Positions 22,799-32,939 of a DNA stretch of 64,000 nt are shown here, piece by piece. Under the pieces are notes generated by a model. The model ran no database searches. It saw nothing but the letters and a program-made list of their open reading frames with translations, and had not been told where the DNA came from. Numbering within the stretch: the first letter of the stretch is position 1; every line of letters begins with the position of its first letter. The stretch covers positions 2,592,001 to 2,656,000 of the forward strand of contig CAWGRW010000009.1 of assembly GCA_963825135.1 (NCBI GenBank). Reading direction: 5' to 3'. Position numbers and translations under genes: made by a program. The DNA is from an uncultured bacterium (GTDB lineage: Bacteria; Desulfobacterota_D; UBA1144; Nemesobacterales; UBA2774).

Positions 22799-24597
22799 TT
22801 CCGACTTCTCGTATCCGGATTTTGCGTGAGCGCGCTTATCTTTTGCCTGAGCCTTGTCATCAGCTCTTTATCCTCGGGATTATCGGAAGGGACCTCCGAC
22901 AGCATTTTCAGTCCCTTGCTGTAAGATTCGAGGGCGTCCGCGCTGTCCCCCATGTCCCTGTAAACGTCCCCCAGGTGCTCGAGCACGGCGGGGTCGTCGG
23001 ACTGCAGTGCGGCCGCTTCCTTGAGCAGCTTTACCGCTTCCGCGTATTTTCCCTTCTTGTAGTAGACCCAGCCCAGGCTGTCCAGTATATAGCCCTTGTT
23101 AGGAGAGATTGCGTTGGCCTTCCTTATGAGGGTCTCCGCTTCGTCGAGGTTCACGCCCTTCTCCGCATACGAATAGCCTACGAAGTTAAGCGCGTCCGCG
23201 TGCTGCGGGTTAAGCTCGATGAGCTCTTTCATCGTCCTTATGGAATCGTCTTCACGGCCGATGAGGAAGTACGTAACGCCGAGCGAATAATATATCGTCT
23301 CGCTCTTGGGGTTCGATACGAGGTATTTCTTGTAGAGGTTGACCGCGTCGTCGTTCCTGCCGAGCTTCCTGTAAACGCTGCCCATGTAATTCACTATCAC
23401 TTCGTTGTCAGGCTCGTGCCCGTACACCTCCTCCATGAGGGCGAGGGCCTCGGGCAGCATGCCGCGCTTCTCGAACACATACGCCTTCTGCACGAGACTC
23501 TCGTCGTAAAAGTCCGAGTACTGGGGTATGGAATTCAATATTTCGAGCGCCGGGTCGTACTGCCCCGTCTCTATATAGCAGAGGGCCAGGTAGTATTTCG
23601 CCCTTTCGTCCCCGGGGTTCCCCATGAGTATGACCCTGAACTCCTCTATCGCCTTGTCGTATTCCCCGCTCTCGATGTACAGGAGCCCGAGCCTGAGCTT
23701 GAGGTCCGGGTTCTGGTAGTCCATGCTCTCGGCCTTCTTGAACTGCTCCCTCGCTTCGTCCATGCGGTTGAGCCTGAAGAGGAAGTTCCCGTACCTCACG
23801 TAGGAGTCGAGGCTGTTCGGGTAGAGCACGATCACGTCCTGATAAATCTGCTCGGATTCCTTGATCCTCCCCTGCTGCTCGTACACCAGGGCGAGCTCCA
23901 CAAGGGCCGAGCCGAAGCTCGGGTTTATATCGAGCGCCTTCTTGTAACTCTGTTCCGCACTGGCGTAGTCGCCCTTTTCGTAGTAAAGCTTTCCCAAAAA
24001 GTAATAACCCTTTTCATTGTCCGGGTAGAGGTCCGTTATCTTCCTGAATTTTATCTCGGCGCTGTCGTATTTCCCCGATTCCGTATCCATTATTCCCAGG
24101 AACAGGAGCGACTCCGCGTCGTCGGGGTTGAGCTCCACGGCGTGGTTCAGTATCTCGACCGACTTCTCCCTCTCCTTCGGGTCCTGGGAAGAGGCGTATA
24201 TTTTTCCGAGCAGGGTGAAGGACGGGGCGAACTCCGGATTCGCTTTTATGGATTCCTGAAGCTTCGCGAGCGCGTCGTCCATCCTGCCCATGGACATGTA
24301 CATGAGAGCGAGGTTGTATTTAAGGTAGGCGGAGGAAGGGTCCGCAAGCTCGGCAAGCTCGAGCTCCGCGAGCGATTCTGCGACCCTGTTGTCGAGAAAG
24401 AGCATCCTTGAAACCATGAAGTGGTAATATGCGTCTGAATTCGGCTTGGACGAGGACAGGACGGGCTCGTCCGCCTGAGCGGGGTCGCTTTTAACGGTCT
24501 TCATGCCGGCGCAGGAAAAGAGGGCGGGCAGAAGCGCCAGGAGCAGGAGCGGCGCATATTTAATGAATATCTTTTTTCCGTTCATTTCAGGAAGCAT
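22795..24597 (-). CDS. TPR-repeat lipoprotein
   Basis: Lipobox LFSC; many TPRs; ALNFVGYSYAE..YILDSLGWVYY..EHLGDVY C-terminus. Confidence 0.9.
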   Translation of the reverse strand: MLPEMNGKKIFIKYAPLLLLALLPALFSCAGMKTVKSDPAQADEPVLSSSKPNSDAYYHFMVSRMLFLDNRVAESLAELELAELADPSSAYLKYNLALMYMSMGRMDDALAKLQESIKANPEFAPSFTLLGKIYASSQDPKEREKSVEILNHAVELNPDDAESLLFLGIMDTESGKYDSAEIKFRKITDLYPDNEKGYYFLGKLYYEKGDYASAEQSYKKALDINPSFGSALVELALVYEQQGRIKESEQIYQDVIVLYPNSLDSYVRYGNFLFRLNRMDEAREQFKKAESMDYQNPDLKLRLGLLYIESGEYDKAIEEFRVILMGNPGDERAKYYLALCYIETGQYDPALEILNSIPQYSDFYDESLVQKAYVFEKRGMLPEALALMEEVYGHEPDNEVIVNYMGSVYRKLGRNDDAVNLYKKYLVSNPKSETIYYSLGVTYFLIGREDDSIRTMKELIELNPQHADALNFVGYSYAEKGVNLDEAETLIRKANAISPNKGYILDSLGWVYYKKGKYAEAVKLLKEAAALQSDDPAVLEHLGDVYRDMGDSADALESYSKGLKMLSEVPSDNPEDKELMTRLRQKISALTQNPDTRSRN

Positions 24598-26017
24598 CCA
24601 GAATTTTGAGGTTTATTTTACCCGCCGCATTCAATATGAGGGAGCTTTTCGTCAAATCCCCTTCCACGAGCTTAATGTGCGTGGCGTCGGCAGGGACCTG
24701 CCCGAAAGTAGGGTCGACGGCCACCCATTCTCCCACAAAGACCTCGTTCCATGCGTGGTAGTAGAACCTCCCGTCGAGATATATTGTACCCGACACCGTT
24801 TTTGTCGGGATTCCGGCCGCGCGCGCGAGTGCCGCGAAAAGGGCCGAGTGCTCGTTACAGTCCCCCGAACCTGTTTTGAGGACGTCCCGGGCGTTGGGTA
24901 TGCCGGCGGTGCCGGTCTTCTTCAGATGGGTGAACACCCACGTGTTTAATTTGATTGCGGCCTTGAGCGAGTCTTTTTCGCCTTCGAGTATCTCGCGGGA
25001 TTTGGATATTATTTCCTTGTCCCCGCTCTGGATGAGGTTCTCCGGAGCGAGGTAGAGCGCGAGCGCGGGGTCCCCGTTCGGGAGCGCGTACGTATTCAGG
25101 CGGGAAATGTCCCCCGCGCGTATCGTGACGAATTTCCCGTCGTACGATTGCCTGTATCCGTCCGAGAGGTCAAACCCGTCCCCGGGGCCGATGCCGCCTA
25201 TCTCCGCCTTCATGTATCTGAGGCCCCTCGGGTCGTCAATCGTGACGTCGGACGGTATGGAGGTCGAGCCCTGCACGTCGAGAGCGGAAAGCCCGTCCCC
25301 GGACATGCTCCCGCTTTCGTCCCTGAGAGCGGTCATTCCCGGGGGGATCAGCTCCTTTAGAACCTTCCCGCCGTCCGCGATCCAGGACGTCGTGCGGGCG
25401 CCGGCTATCGTCGACTCCACCCGCCAGGCCGAAACGGCGCCCAGGGAAGGCACTTCGACGGTATCCCTGCCCGCGATGAGGCTCGAGGATTCGAAGTCCC
25501 CCGGAGAAGACGAGCCTATGACGGACACGGGGTCGATGACCGGGACCCTGTACTCCCGCCCTATTTCGGGGGAGAGCGATATTATTCGCGAAGGGAGCAT
25601 GGATACGGGTATGAGGCCGGGGGGCGCGTCGAAAACGATCTCCGAGTCCCCGGAGAGGGTCTTCATCTTCATCCGCATGGAGTCCCCTTCCCTCACGCCC
25701 GAGGCTGTCACCTTTCCGGACGGAGATTCGAACCTGAATTCGAAGGAGAGGAGCTTATCCCCGCCGAGCCTGTAATGGGCCTCCGTCTCCACGTCCTCGG
25801 TATTGTCGAGGAGCCTGACCCTGATCCTGGCCTTTTCCACTGCCTCGGTCACGCCGCCTTCTGTTTTGACGGAGTCGTACGAGTAGCCTATCTTCCTGCC
25901 CCCTGAATATATGTATAGAAGGTTTTCGCTGGAAGTACCGGCATATACGTGTGAGGCTGACGGTAGTAAGGACAGGGCGATTGCCGTGAGAATGAAAGCG
26001 GCTCTTCTAAATGGCAT
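24587..26017 (-). CDS. Secreted transglutaminase-like protein
   Basis: Signal peptide; catalytic triad GDCNEH / HAWNEV / WVAVDPT. Confidence 0.9.
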   Translation of the reverse strand: MPFRRAAFILTAIALSLLPSASHVYAGTSSENLLYIYSGGRKIGYSYDSVKTEGGVTEAVEKARIRVRLLDNTEDVETEAHYRLGGDKLLSFEFRFESPSGKVTASGVREGDSMRMKMKTLSGDSEIVFDAPPGLIPVSMLPSRIISLSPEIGREYRVPVIDPVSVIGSSSPGDFESSSLIAGRDTVEVPSLGAVSAWRVESTIAGARTTSWIADGGKVLKELIPPGMTALRDESGSMSGDGLSALDVQGSTSIPSDVTIDDPRGLRYMKAEIGGIGPGDGFDLSDGYRQSYDGKFVTIRAGDISRLNTYALPNGDPALALYLAPENLIQSGDKEIISKSREILEGEKDSLKAAIKLNTWVFTHLKKTGTAGIPNARDVLKTGSGDCNEHSALFAALARAAGIPTKTVSGTIYLDGRFYYHAWNEVFVGEWVAVDPTFGQVPADATHIKLVEGDLTKSSLILNAAGKINLKILDAS

Positions 26018-26086
26018 GTTACGGGAATAATCTACACACGTTTATCCCCGGTCTCAATATTTTTTCTTGAGAGCGGGATACGGACC

Positions 26087-26138
26087 ATCCGCCTACCTTC
26101 CCGCCCTATACCCCCGCGGAGGTTGGCGGATGGCGGAT
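26087..26138. repeat. GTATA-core hairpin H1 (inverted copy of H6)
   Basis: Reverse complement atccgccatccgccaacctccgcgggggtatagggcgggaagg.. matches 30967-31026. Confidence 0.85.
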
Positions 26139-26378
26139 CATGCCGCTCCCCGTTAAGAAGCTGGCTGCATTAAGCTGGTAAAACACTTGGAAAAGTTAAA
26201 AAAAGGGAGTATTACATCTGCTCTTTATAATCTCTATACAAGTACTATAGTCATTCCCTGCATCCCGATACCGATACACTAAAAAGAGTAAATACGGCTC
26301 TATACACCATTTGACCGATAGAGAATTAACCCACCCTCCATATATTTAACAGTAAAAGTCAATTTTCAGGAGGGTTAC

Positions 26379-27116
26379 ATGAAAAAGATTACCGTTTACG
26401 ACCTGCCCACGCGTTTCTTTCACTGGCTTTTTGCTTTCCTTTTTATAGCGGCTTTTGTCATCGCAAAAGCTGTGGACGATGAAAGCCCGCTTTTTAGCTA
26501 TCACATGCTGGCTGGACTGACTATCGCGTATTTACTGGTTCTGAGGTTTATATGGGGATTTACAGGCACGGCCTATGCGCGTTTTTCATCCTTTAAATTA
26601 AATCCCATTGAACTTATCCGGTACTTTAAAGACACCGTTGTCATGAAGACCAAATCCTATCCGGGTCATAACCCGGCTTCGAGCTACGCGGCGGTGATCA
26701 TGTTTGCCTGCGCTATCGGACTGGCTGTCACGGGTATATTAATGAGTACCGGCGGCGAAAACGATAGTCTTGAGGAGATCCACGAGTTACTGGCTAATAT
26801 ATTCCTGATTTCTGTTATTATTCACGTAGCCGGGATCGTTTTTCACCACTTTAGACACAGAGATTCATTATGGTCCAGCATGTTGGACGGCAAAAAGAAG
26901 ACGAGCTCGGATGCCCCAGGAATCGCGAGCATGAGACCGGCTGCATTATTGCTTTTTGCTATTCTTTTTGCATCCTGGCTTGGGTATATGATTACTAACT
27001 ACGACAGCCGCACTCAGACTTTGAATTTACTGGGGACCAGGCTGAGCCTGGGCGAATCGGAAAATGAATCCGAGCGTGGTTCTGAAGGCGGTCACGAAGA
27101 GTACGATGACGACTGA
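26379..27116 (+). CDS. Cytochrome b/b6-domain protein (Ni-hydrogenase cytochrome b-like)
   Basis: VYDLPTRFFHW, H..AG, RFIWG..YARF, GHNP, EIHE, IHVAG heme His ligands. Confidence 0.88.
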   Translation: MKKITVYDLPTRFFHWLFAFLFIAAFVIAKAVDDESPLFSYHMLAGLTIAYLLVLRFIWGFTGTAYARFSSFKLNPIELIRYFKDTVVMKTKSYPGHNPASSYAAVIMFACAIGLAVTGILMSTGGENDSLEEIHELLANIFLISVIIHVAGIVFHHFRHRDSLWSSMLDGKKKTSSDAPGIASMRPAALLLFAILFASWLGYMITNYDSRTQTLNLLGTRLSLGESENESERGSEGGHEEYDDD

Positions 27117-27127
27117 GCTCAATTAAA

Positions 27128-27637
27128 ATGAACATAAACGAGCGACTGACAATATCCGCTATATTGGTCTTTATAGCCGTTCTGACTTTTATAGATATCT
27201 ATAACGACTATCTCGACGGGGTAGCGTTATGGCATATCTCGATCGAAACCATTGTAGGATTGACGGCGCTTGCGGTGGTTTACTACCTCATAAAGAGCCA
27301 TATTACGATGCAGCACACGGTTGAGAAGGAGAAGCGGCTCTCGAACGAGCTTAGTCTCGAAGCGCAAAAATGGAAGCGCGTATCGAAGACCTACCTTGAC
27401 GGATTGAGCGTCGAAATTAACAAGCAGCTGGACAAATGGGAGCTGACCGAAGCCGAAAAACGGGTCGCCTTTCTGCTGTTAAAAGGGCTTAGCATAAAGG
27501 AAATAGCCGATCTGAGAAAAACGAGCGAGAAAACCGTCCGCACACAGGCAAATTCCATATATTCCAAGTCCGGGCTCCCGGGCCGTTCCGCTTTATCGGC
27601 CTTTTTCCTTGAAGACTTACTGCCTCCAAGTCTCTAA
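27128..27637 (+). CDS. Membrane-anchored LuxR-family regulator
   Basis: Two N-terminal TMs; LTEAEKRVAFLLLKGLSIKEIA..SEKTVR..IYSKSG HTH. Confidence 0.88.
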   Translation: MNINERLTISAILVFIAVLTFIDIYNDYLDGVALWHISIETIVGLTALAVVYYLIKSHITMQHTVEKEKRLSNELSLEAQKWKRVSKTYLDGLSVEINKQLDKWELTEAEKRVAFLLLKGLSIKEIADLRKTSEKTVRTQANSIYSKSGLPGRSALSAFFLEDLLPPSL

Positions 27638-27677
27638 GGATCCTAATTTATTGTTAAGTTTTGCTCTGAACAACCTT

Positions 27678-27814
27678 ATCCGGCAATCAGACATTTCGGA
27701 CAAATGCGCGGAGTATACACCCCCCCGGATGTGTCGGAATGTCGGATATCCCGGGAACTGACAACTGACAGATGTGCGGAGGTATATACCCCGTAGATGT
27801 GTCAGTTGTGTCAG
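27678..27814. repeat. GTATA-core hairpins H2 (27678-27747) and H3 (27758-27814)
   Basis: H2 is a direct copy of 30849-30913; the H3 core matches the reverse complement of 30771-30831. Confidence 0.85.
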
Positions 27815-28056
27815 ATGGTCTAAACCGTACTTGATTTTTATTTTGTCTTAATTATCATCGGCAGAATGAAGGAAATCTTATATTATCTTGCTAGCTTGGC
27901 CGGAATAATCGGTCTGATTATTATGCTACTGGAATACAGGAATAATAAAAATAGAGAAATCAGGGCAATGACAGATCAAGTCATAAATGATTTTCGTGTA
28001 CTGCTCCCCATTTGTCAAACTCGGTTTAAGTTGGAATGATGAATCTTAAAACTAAC

Positions 28057-28081
28057 AAAAAAGGGAGCCGAAGCTCCCTTG
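28057..28081 (-). terminator. Rho-independent terminator of the passenger gene
   Basis: On minus strand: aagggagc-ttcg-gctccctt followed by a T run. Confidence 0.85.
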
Positions 28082-28109
28082 AACTATTCAATTGTAATAT
28101 CCTCAGATT

Positions 28110-29045
28110 TTAAGCAGCCACTTTCCTTCTGCGAATAACCATAAATCCAGCTATCCCCAATATACCTGCCATCGCTATCACTCCCCATTCGCTAAGTGTC
28201 GGGATGGGGCGTGTGAAATCCGGGTCCGGGCCGAATATTAATGCGTCGAGGCCTGTCTCGGACTGGCCGATAATGTTTGTGATCCCATTCGAGGTGTTAA
28301 TCGTAGTCAGATAGGCGAGATCTTCGGGTCCAAAAACTCCATCATCGTCTCTCAGAGAGCCGAAAAGAACGCCGGTATCGGGGTTAAAAGCCAAGGCGTT
28401 CATGCGACGCGGTACATTTCCTACCGATGCCGGGATTTCGGTTGCAACACCTGTCCCAGGGTTTATAGTGACAAGACTTTCATTGTCACTAGGAGTGGCA
28501 TACAATATGCTGCTAAACAGGTCTATTGCGAGTCCGTTCCCGCCGCTATCAAATCCCGTGGGTCCTATAATGGTGCCTTCTCCAGAAGTTGTGTTAATCG
28601 TAAGGAATTTGTCGGTCATATCACAGCGATCCCCATAACCGTACAATGTATCGGTAACCGGGTCATAGGTTATATCTGGAACTCGCCCACATTCATCATG
28701 AGTGTCATCGTTCTGGCCTATAATACCGATGAGTCTACCACCACCCGTGTTCGGATTGATTTCGATGAGAATGGATGTATTCTCTCCAAATTCGTTATCC
28801 CCATCAGCGGTCCCTACTAGTCGTCCATCATTCAAAAATGCGAGGCCAGTTACATTATCAAACCCTATACGACCTATCAGTTTCGCAGCCCCTGTTTCCG
28901 GATCGATAACATACAAGCTGCTTTCTGTAGGTTGCATTTCTGACGTCGCGCCGGTGGCCGCACCATAGAGGGTCAGAGCTGATGCTGTTCCGTATAATAG
29001 GAAGAACACAGCAAACGCAGCGAATAAACGTATTAAGCTTTTCAA
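28110..29045 (-). CDS. IPTL-CTERM sorted surface protein, beta-propeller-like repeats
   Basis: SD GGAGG plus TTG; signal peptide; repeated L..INP.TG....IG blades; C-terminus PIPTLSEWG-TM-RRRKVAA. Confidence 0.9.
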   Translation of the reverse strand: MKSLIRLFAAFAVFFLLYGTASALTLYGAATGATSEMQPTESSLYVIDPETGAAKLIGRIGFDNVTGLAFLNDGRLVGTADGDNEFGENTSILIEINPNTGGGRLIGIIGQNDDTHDECGRVPDITYDPVTDTLYGYGDRCDMTDKFLTINTTSGEGTIIGPTGFDSGGNGLAIDLFSSILYATPSDNESLVTINPGTGVATEIPASVGNVPRRMNALAFNPDTGVLFGSLRDDDGVFGPEDLAYLTTINTSNGITNIIGQSETGLDALIFGPDPDFTRPIPTLSEWGVIAMAGILGIAGFMVIRRRKVAA

Positions 29046-29266
29046 TTGTGTCCTCCATTAATTGCTCCATTAGACTATCTAAATAATCCGTAATTGTATC
29101 ACAGCATAGAATAATGGTATAGAGGTTTGTATAACTGGTTAGAATGACTGGATTTCTGATCGGTTTGCGGAAGAACATCCTTTGAGAATCTAAGGGTTAG
29201 CCGTCTGGGATTGTTTATTTCCTGATGCTGTTGAGTAACGCAGAAATCGTATATGAGCGCGGATTT

Positions 29267-30039
29267 TCAAGCAGCGTTTAACCGTGAGGCGTGATTCCCG
29301 TAATAATCTTCTTCTACCTGAAACGGTGTCTGGTATCCGTGTGCTGAATGCAGGTAACTCCTGTTGTAATAATCAACCCATTTGTCCAGTTCTAGGCTAA
29401 GCTCTCTCTCACTCTCCCATTCCCTAAGCCAAAAGAGCTCCTCCTTCATCGTTCTTATCATTCTTTCTGTATCTGCGTTACCCTTTGGGTTATTGTAGCT
29501 AGTAAATGCTTGCTCTACTTCAAGATTGGAACAAGCTTTCATAAAGCTAAGGGAAGTAGGCTGACTGCCGTTATCACTCATAAGCTTAAGTCTGTTTCCT
29601 CTAACTCCTCCAGGGAACTCCCTCGTAAGTCCTTTCTCTAAGGCTTCAAGCCATTCTCTGCTGTTCTTGCCTGTATTCCACTGTAGTGTCCTACTATCTT
29701 CTTCGTATACCAGTCCAGTACTATTACCACATATACCCAGCCACTGTCAGTCATGACCTTTGTCATATCTATACCCCACCACTGCTTAGGTTTGTCTGGG
29801 CTGGGCTTTGGTCTTTCTGATACTCTCTTAGCTATGAGCCTTGTGTTTGGTTTAACAGTAAGGTTATGCTCCCTCATTAACCTGTATACACGCTTCTTGT
29901 TTACTAGTAACCCATCTACATATCTCAGATATGCCCATACTCTTCTATAACCCCAGAATGGATGTTCTCCTTTTATATCTTTTATCCTTTCAAGTAAACA
30001 TTCGTTACGAAGAGCTACAGAGTCAGACTGATTTCTCAT
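29267..30039 (-). pseudogene. IS3-family transposase OrfB (DDE), frameshifted near 29655
   Basis: HPFWGYRRV, WGIDMTK, VLDWYTKKIVG; the other frame continues EWLEALEKGL..SDNGSQP..NPKGNADTER..YYN..YLHSAHGY. Confidence 0.9.
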
Positions 30040-30311
30040 ATGAAGTCTTCCTCTGTTTTTTTTAATTCAACGGTGAGTGGGCCGATTATTTGTGTTAGCT
30101 CTTGATTCTTCTTACGAAGACGGTTTATTTCTCCACCCTCATTCTTAGACTCAAACGCTTTATGAGCTTCAGACAAGAACTTATCACGCCAGGTATAGTA
30201 TTGGTTCTGATGTATCCCGTACTCGTTGCATATCTCTGAAACCGGTCTGCCGGATAAACCTTCAAGTACTATCTTGGTCTTTGTTTTAGAATCCCATCTC
30301 CTTCGCTTCAT
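30036..30311 (-). CDS. IS3-family transposase OrfA (HTH)
   Basis: KTKIVLEGL..EICNEYGIHQNQYYTWRDKF; A8 slippery run at 30056-30063 and ATGA overlap with orfB. Confidence 0.9.
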   Translation of the reverse strand: MKRRRWDSKTKTKIVLEGLSGRPVSEICNEYGIHQNQYYTWRDKFLSEAHKAFESKNEGGEINRLRKKNQELTQIIGPLTVELKKTEEDFI

Positions 30312-30770
30312 TGCTACCCTCCCACTGTGTTTTACAGATATTTTACTAGCTTAATTCTACTAGCTTCTTAATGGGGAGCAGTATATTCGGAACAATATAT
30401 ATCCAGTCTATTTAGATTTGTTTAACTCCGATCAGGGACAACCATATACACGTGAAATAGTTACAACACGCACATTAGCCGAAAATCCCAATTATATAAT
30501 GATACTCAGTTATTTTGAGTACCTGGGAACTTTATGGAATAGAAAGAATGTTGATAAGAATATAATACAGGAGAATTTATACGGCTATGTGGTAATCAGC
30601 TTTAATCCATTTAGAAGATACATAGAAGAATCAAGGAACGATTATAGAGATCCGGACTATTGCCGTAACTGGGAAAATATGGTTGATGATTTGAATAGGC
30701 GAGCTTTGTTGCTGAGATCTCGTCAATTATCTAATACTAACTTGCCCATATGATACACTATTTTCCCCAA

Positions 30771-31081
30771 ATGGGACAATGGGACACATCATCCGGGTAT
30801 ATACTCCGTCTGTCTGTCCCATCGGTCCCATAGTCCGAATCTCCCCTTATCCGCCAATCCGACATTCCGACAAATGCGCGGAGTATATACCCCGGAGAGT
30901 TGTCGGAATGTCGTAAAGTCTAAATCCTCCCTATCCCTCCTTTTTCTAAGGAGGGAATTAAAAATGATCCGCCAATCCGCCAACCTCCGCAAGGGTATAG
31001 GGCGGGAAGGATGGCGGATGGCGGATTCTTCCCTTACCCCGCCGCCAAGGGGGGGTATACAGGGTTGGCGGTAGCGGCGGG
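30771..31081. repeat. Array of GTATA-core hairpins H4-H7 plus one REP-like unit
   Basis: H4 30771-30831, H5 30849-30913, REP 30923-30962, H6 30967-31026, H7 31038-31081. Confidence 0.85.
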
Positions 31082-31362
31082 CGCAGAACCTGCGCTCGTA
31101 TACGATTTCTTCCAACTCCTGCGGCATATACGGACTGGCACATTGATAATAGAAAATTGATGTACACCCCCACCCTACCCCTAATTTGATTTGGGTGGCA
31201 TTGAGGCTGAAGTTAATTGGCTGCATGAGCGTCGTTGTAACTCCGACCGGTTCATACGCTTGCTCTGAACCGTTCCCTCAAGGGGGAGGGAAGTAATTGG
31301 GAGGAGCATCAGGCGCCGCCCCCCGATTGACACCCGGGGCTATATTAGGTTCACTAGAATAT

Positions 31363-32439
31363 ATGGAAGTAAGGGATATATTCGGAAAGGTATTTGCGGG
31401 TGAGAGGATAGGCAGGGAAGAGGGGCTTCGGCTCCTGAAGGAAGCCGACACCATACAGATGGGCTCTCTCGCCGACTCCGTAAGAAGAAAACACCACCCG
31501 GAGGGGATAGTTACGTTCGTCGCCGATACGAACCCCAACTACACGAACGTCTGCGACACGGAGTGCCTGTTCTGCGCCTTCTGGCGTCCGCCGGGCTCTC
31601 ACGACGCATATACGCACAGCGTCGACAAGGTCATAGGGATGATGAGGGCGTCTTACCACAACGGGGCCACGACGGTGCTGCTCCAGGGAGGGCACAACCC
31701 GGAGATCACGCTCGATTACTATCTGGAAATAATAACGAGAACGAAGAAGGAGATTCCGGGGCTCCACCTCCACGCGTTTTCCGCCCCCGAGATAAGCGCC
31801 ATAGCGAAATACTCCGGCCTGACGACCGAAGAAGTGCTCCGGAGGTTCTGGGACGCGGGTCTGAGGACCATACCCGGAGGAGGGGCCGAGGTGTTATCGA
31901 ACCGCGTGAGGAAGAAGATAAGCCCGCTCAAGATAGACGCCGACCAGTGGATGAAGGTCACGAGGGAGGCGCATCTGACCGGGTTCAAGACCACGGCGAC
32001 GATGATGTTCGGCCATTTCGAGGAGGACGAGGACATCCTCGAGCACCTCGACAGGATAAGGGCGCTCCAGGACGAGACGGGGAATTTCCTCGCGTTCATC
32101 CCGTGGACGTTTAAGCCCAGGAACACGTTCCTCGAAAGGAAGCTCCCTAACGAGACCGGCGGGGACAGGTATCTCAGGGTACTGGCGCTCTCCCGCATAT
32201 ACCTCGACAACTTCGTCCACATACAGGGCTCGTGGTTCACGCAGGGGGCGAAGATAGGCTCTCTCTCCATGTACTACGGGGCGAGCGACCTTGGCGGCAC
32301 GCTCTTTGACGAGAACGTGCTCTGCTGCGCGGAGAACAAGCTCCGGTCCACGGTGGACGAGCTCGTGCACATGATAAGGTCCTCCGGGTTCATACCGGCG
32401 CAGAGGGACACCTACTACCGGATACTCAACCGGTTTTAA
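31363..32439 (+). CDS. mqnC: Cyclic dehypoxanthinyl futalosine synthase (CofH/MqnC radical SAM)
   Basis: NYTNVCDTECLFCAF, LLQGGHNP, IPGGGAEVL, TATMMFGH, AFIPWTF, QRDTYY. Confidence 0.88.
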   Translation: MEVRDIFGKVFAGERIGREEGLRLLKEADTIQMGSLADSVRRKHHPEGIVTFVADTNPNYTNVCDTECLFCAFWRPPGSHDAYTHSVDKVIGMMRASYHNGATTVLLQGGHNPEITLDYYLEIITRTKKEIPGLHLHAFSAPEISAIAKYSGLTTEEVLRRFWDAGLRTIPGGGAEVLSNRVRKKISPLKIDADQWMKVTREAHLTGFKTTATMMFGHFEEDEDILEHLDRIRALQDETGNFLAFIPWTFKPRNTFLERKLPNETGGDRYLRVLALSRIYLDNFVHIQGSWFTQGAKIGSLSMYYGASDLGGTLFDENVLCCAENKLRSTVDELVHMIRSSGFIPAQRDTYYRILNRF

Positions 32440-32468
32440 CCTTCAGCCGGGAAGATTCCCATGTTTGC

Positions 32469-32855
32469 CTACCTTGAGGCAAGAGGGTTCACCACGCCGA
32501 TGCTCCACGCGTTTCCCGTGAATTCTATTACGCAGTCGAAGGAAGAAAAATAGCCGAGCATGAAATCGAAGAACTCGTAGGCCGAGCTCGTATAGACGGG
32601 TCTGCCGATATACACGCCGACGTCGTCCGCGTCGAGCCCCCGGCACTCGCACGCAGAGAGCTCGAAATCGACCCCCTCGCCCCAAAACGGGGTTACGGGC
32701 GTATCTATCGAGGCGAGAGCGATATCGCCGTCCGGGCCCCCGCCCGACACCGAGAACGAGAGCGGGCCTGAACGACCCTCCGCCAGACGCGCGGCGAGGA
32801 ATTCGTCTATCCCCGATACATGAATTATCACAGGGTCTTTAGAAGTACCGCTCAC
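32469..32855 (-). CDS. Hypothetical protein
   Basis: 128-aa ORF with host-like codon usage, convergent with mqnC. Confidence 0.55.
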   Translation of the reverse strand: MSGTSKDPVIIHVSGIDEFLAARLAEGRSGPLSFSVSGGGPDGDIALASIDTPVTPFWGEGVDFELSACECRGLDADDVGVYIGRPVYTSSAYEFFDFMLGYFSSFDCVIEFTGNAWSIGVVNPLASR

Positions 32856-32939
32856 AGGGTGGATATGATAACAGAAGGGGCGCCTGTTTTCACGGACGCC
32901 CCGTTATTTGATCTCTCGATTCCGGGCCGCTTTCAGCGC

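Larger units (their letters stand above)
27997..30385 (-). mobile_element. IS3-family transporter IS carrying an IPTL-CTERM passenger gene
   Basis: Terminal IRs TGTACTGCTCCCCATT (27997-28012) and AATGGGGAGCAGTATA (30370-30385); TTCG duplicated at 27993-27996 and 30386-30389. Confidence 0.92.
27866..30753 (+). pseudogene. DUF4760-like single-TM protein gene split by the IS (27866-27996 plus 30390-30753)
   Basis: Excising 27997-30385 and one TTCG gives an open 164-codon frame MKEILYYLASLAGIIG...QVINDF|RNNIYPVYLDLFNSDQ...ILSYFEYLG...NLPI*. The family name is by resemblance only. Confidence 0.85.

Noticed and set aside
22786..24411. Long antisense ORFs (541 aa here; also 9154-10197, 34812-35834, 52859-53872)
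   Set aside because: They lie opposite well-supported genes, as expected with high GC3 codon bias.
30771..31081. Hairpin array as CRISPR or integron attC array
   Set aside because: Units differ in sequence and lack regular spacing. I saw no clear RYYYAAC...GTTRRRY boxes, and no integrase is present.
30789..31226. ORFs of 145, 66 and 71 aa across the hairpin array
   Set aside because: They are mostly translated repeats with no recognisable domain, although a gene fragment near 31090-31280 cannot be excluded.
31363..32439. CofH (F420 synthesis) or MqnE assignment
   Set aside because: LLQGGHNP, AFIPWTF and QGSW fit MqnC better, and no cofG is nearby.
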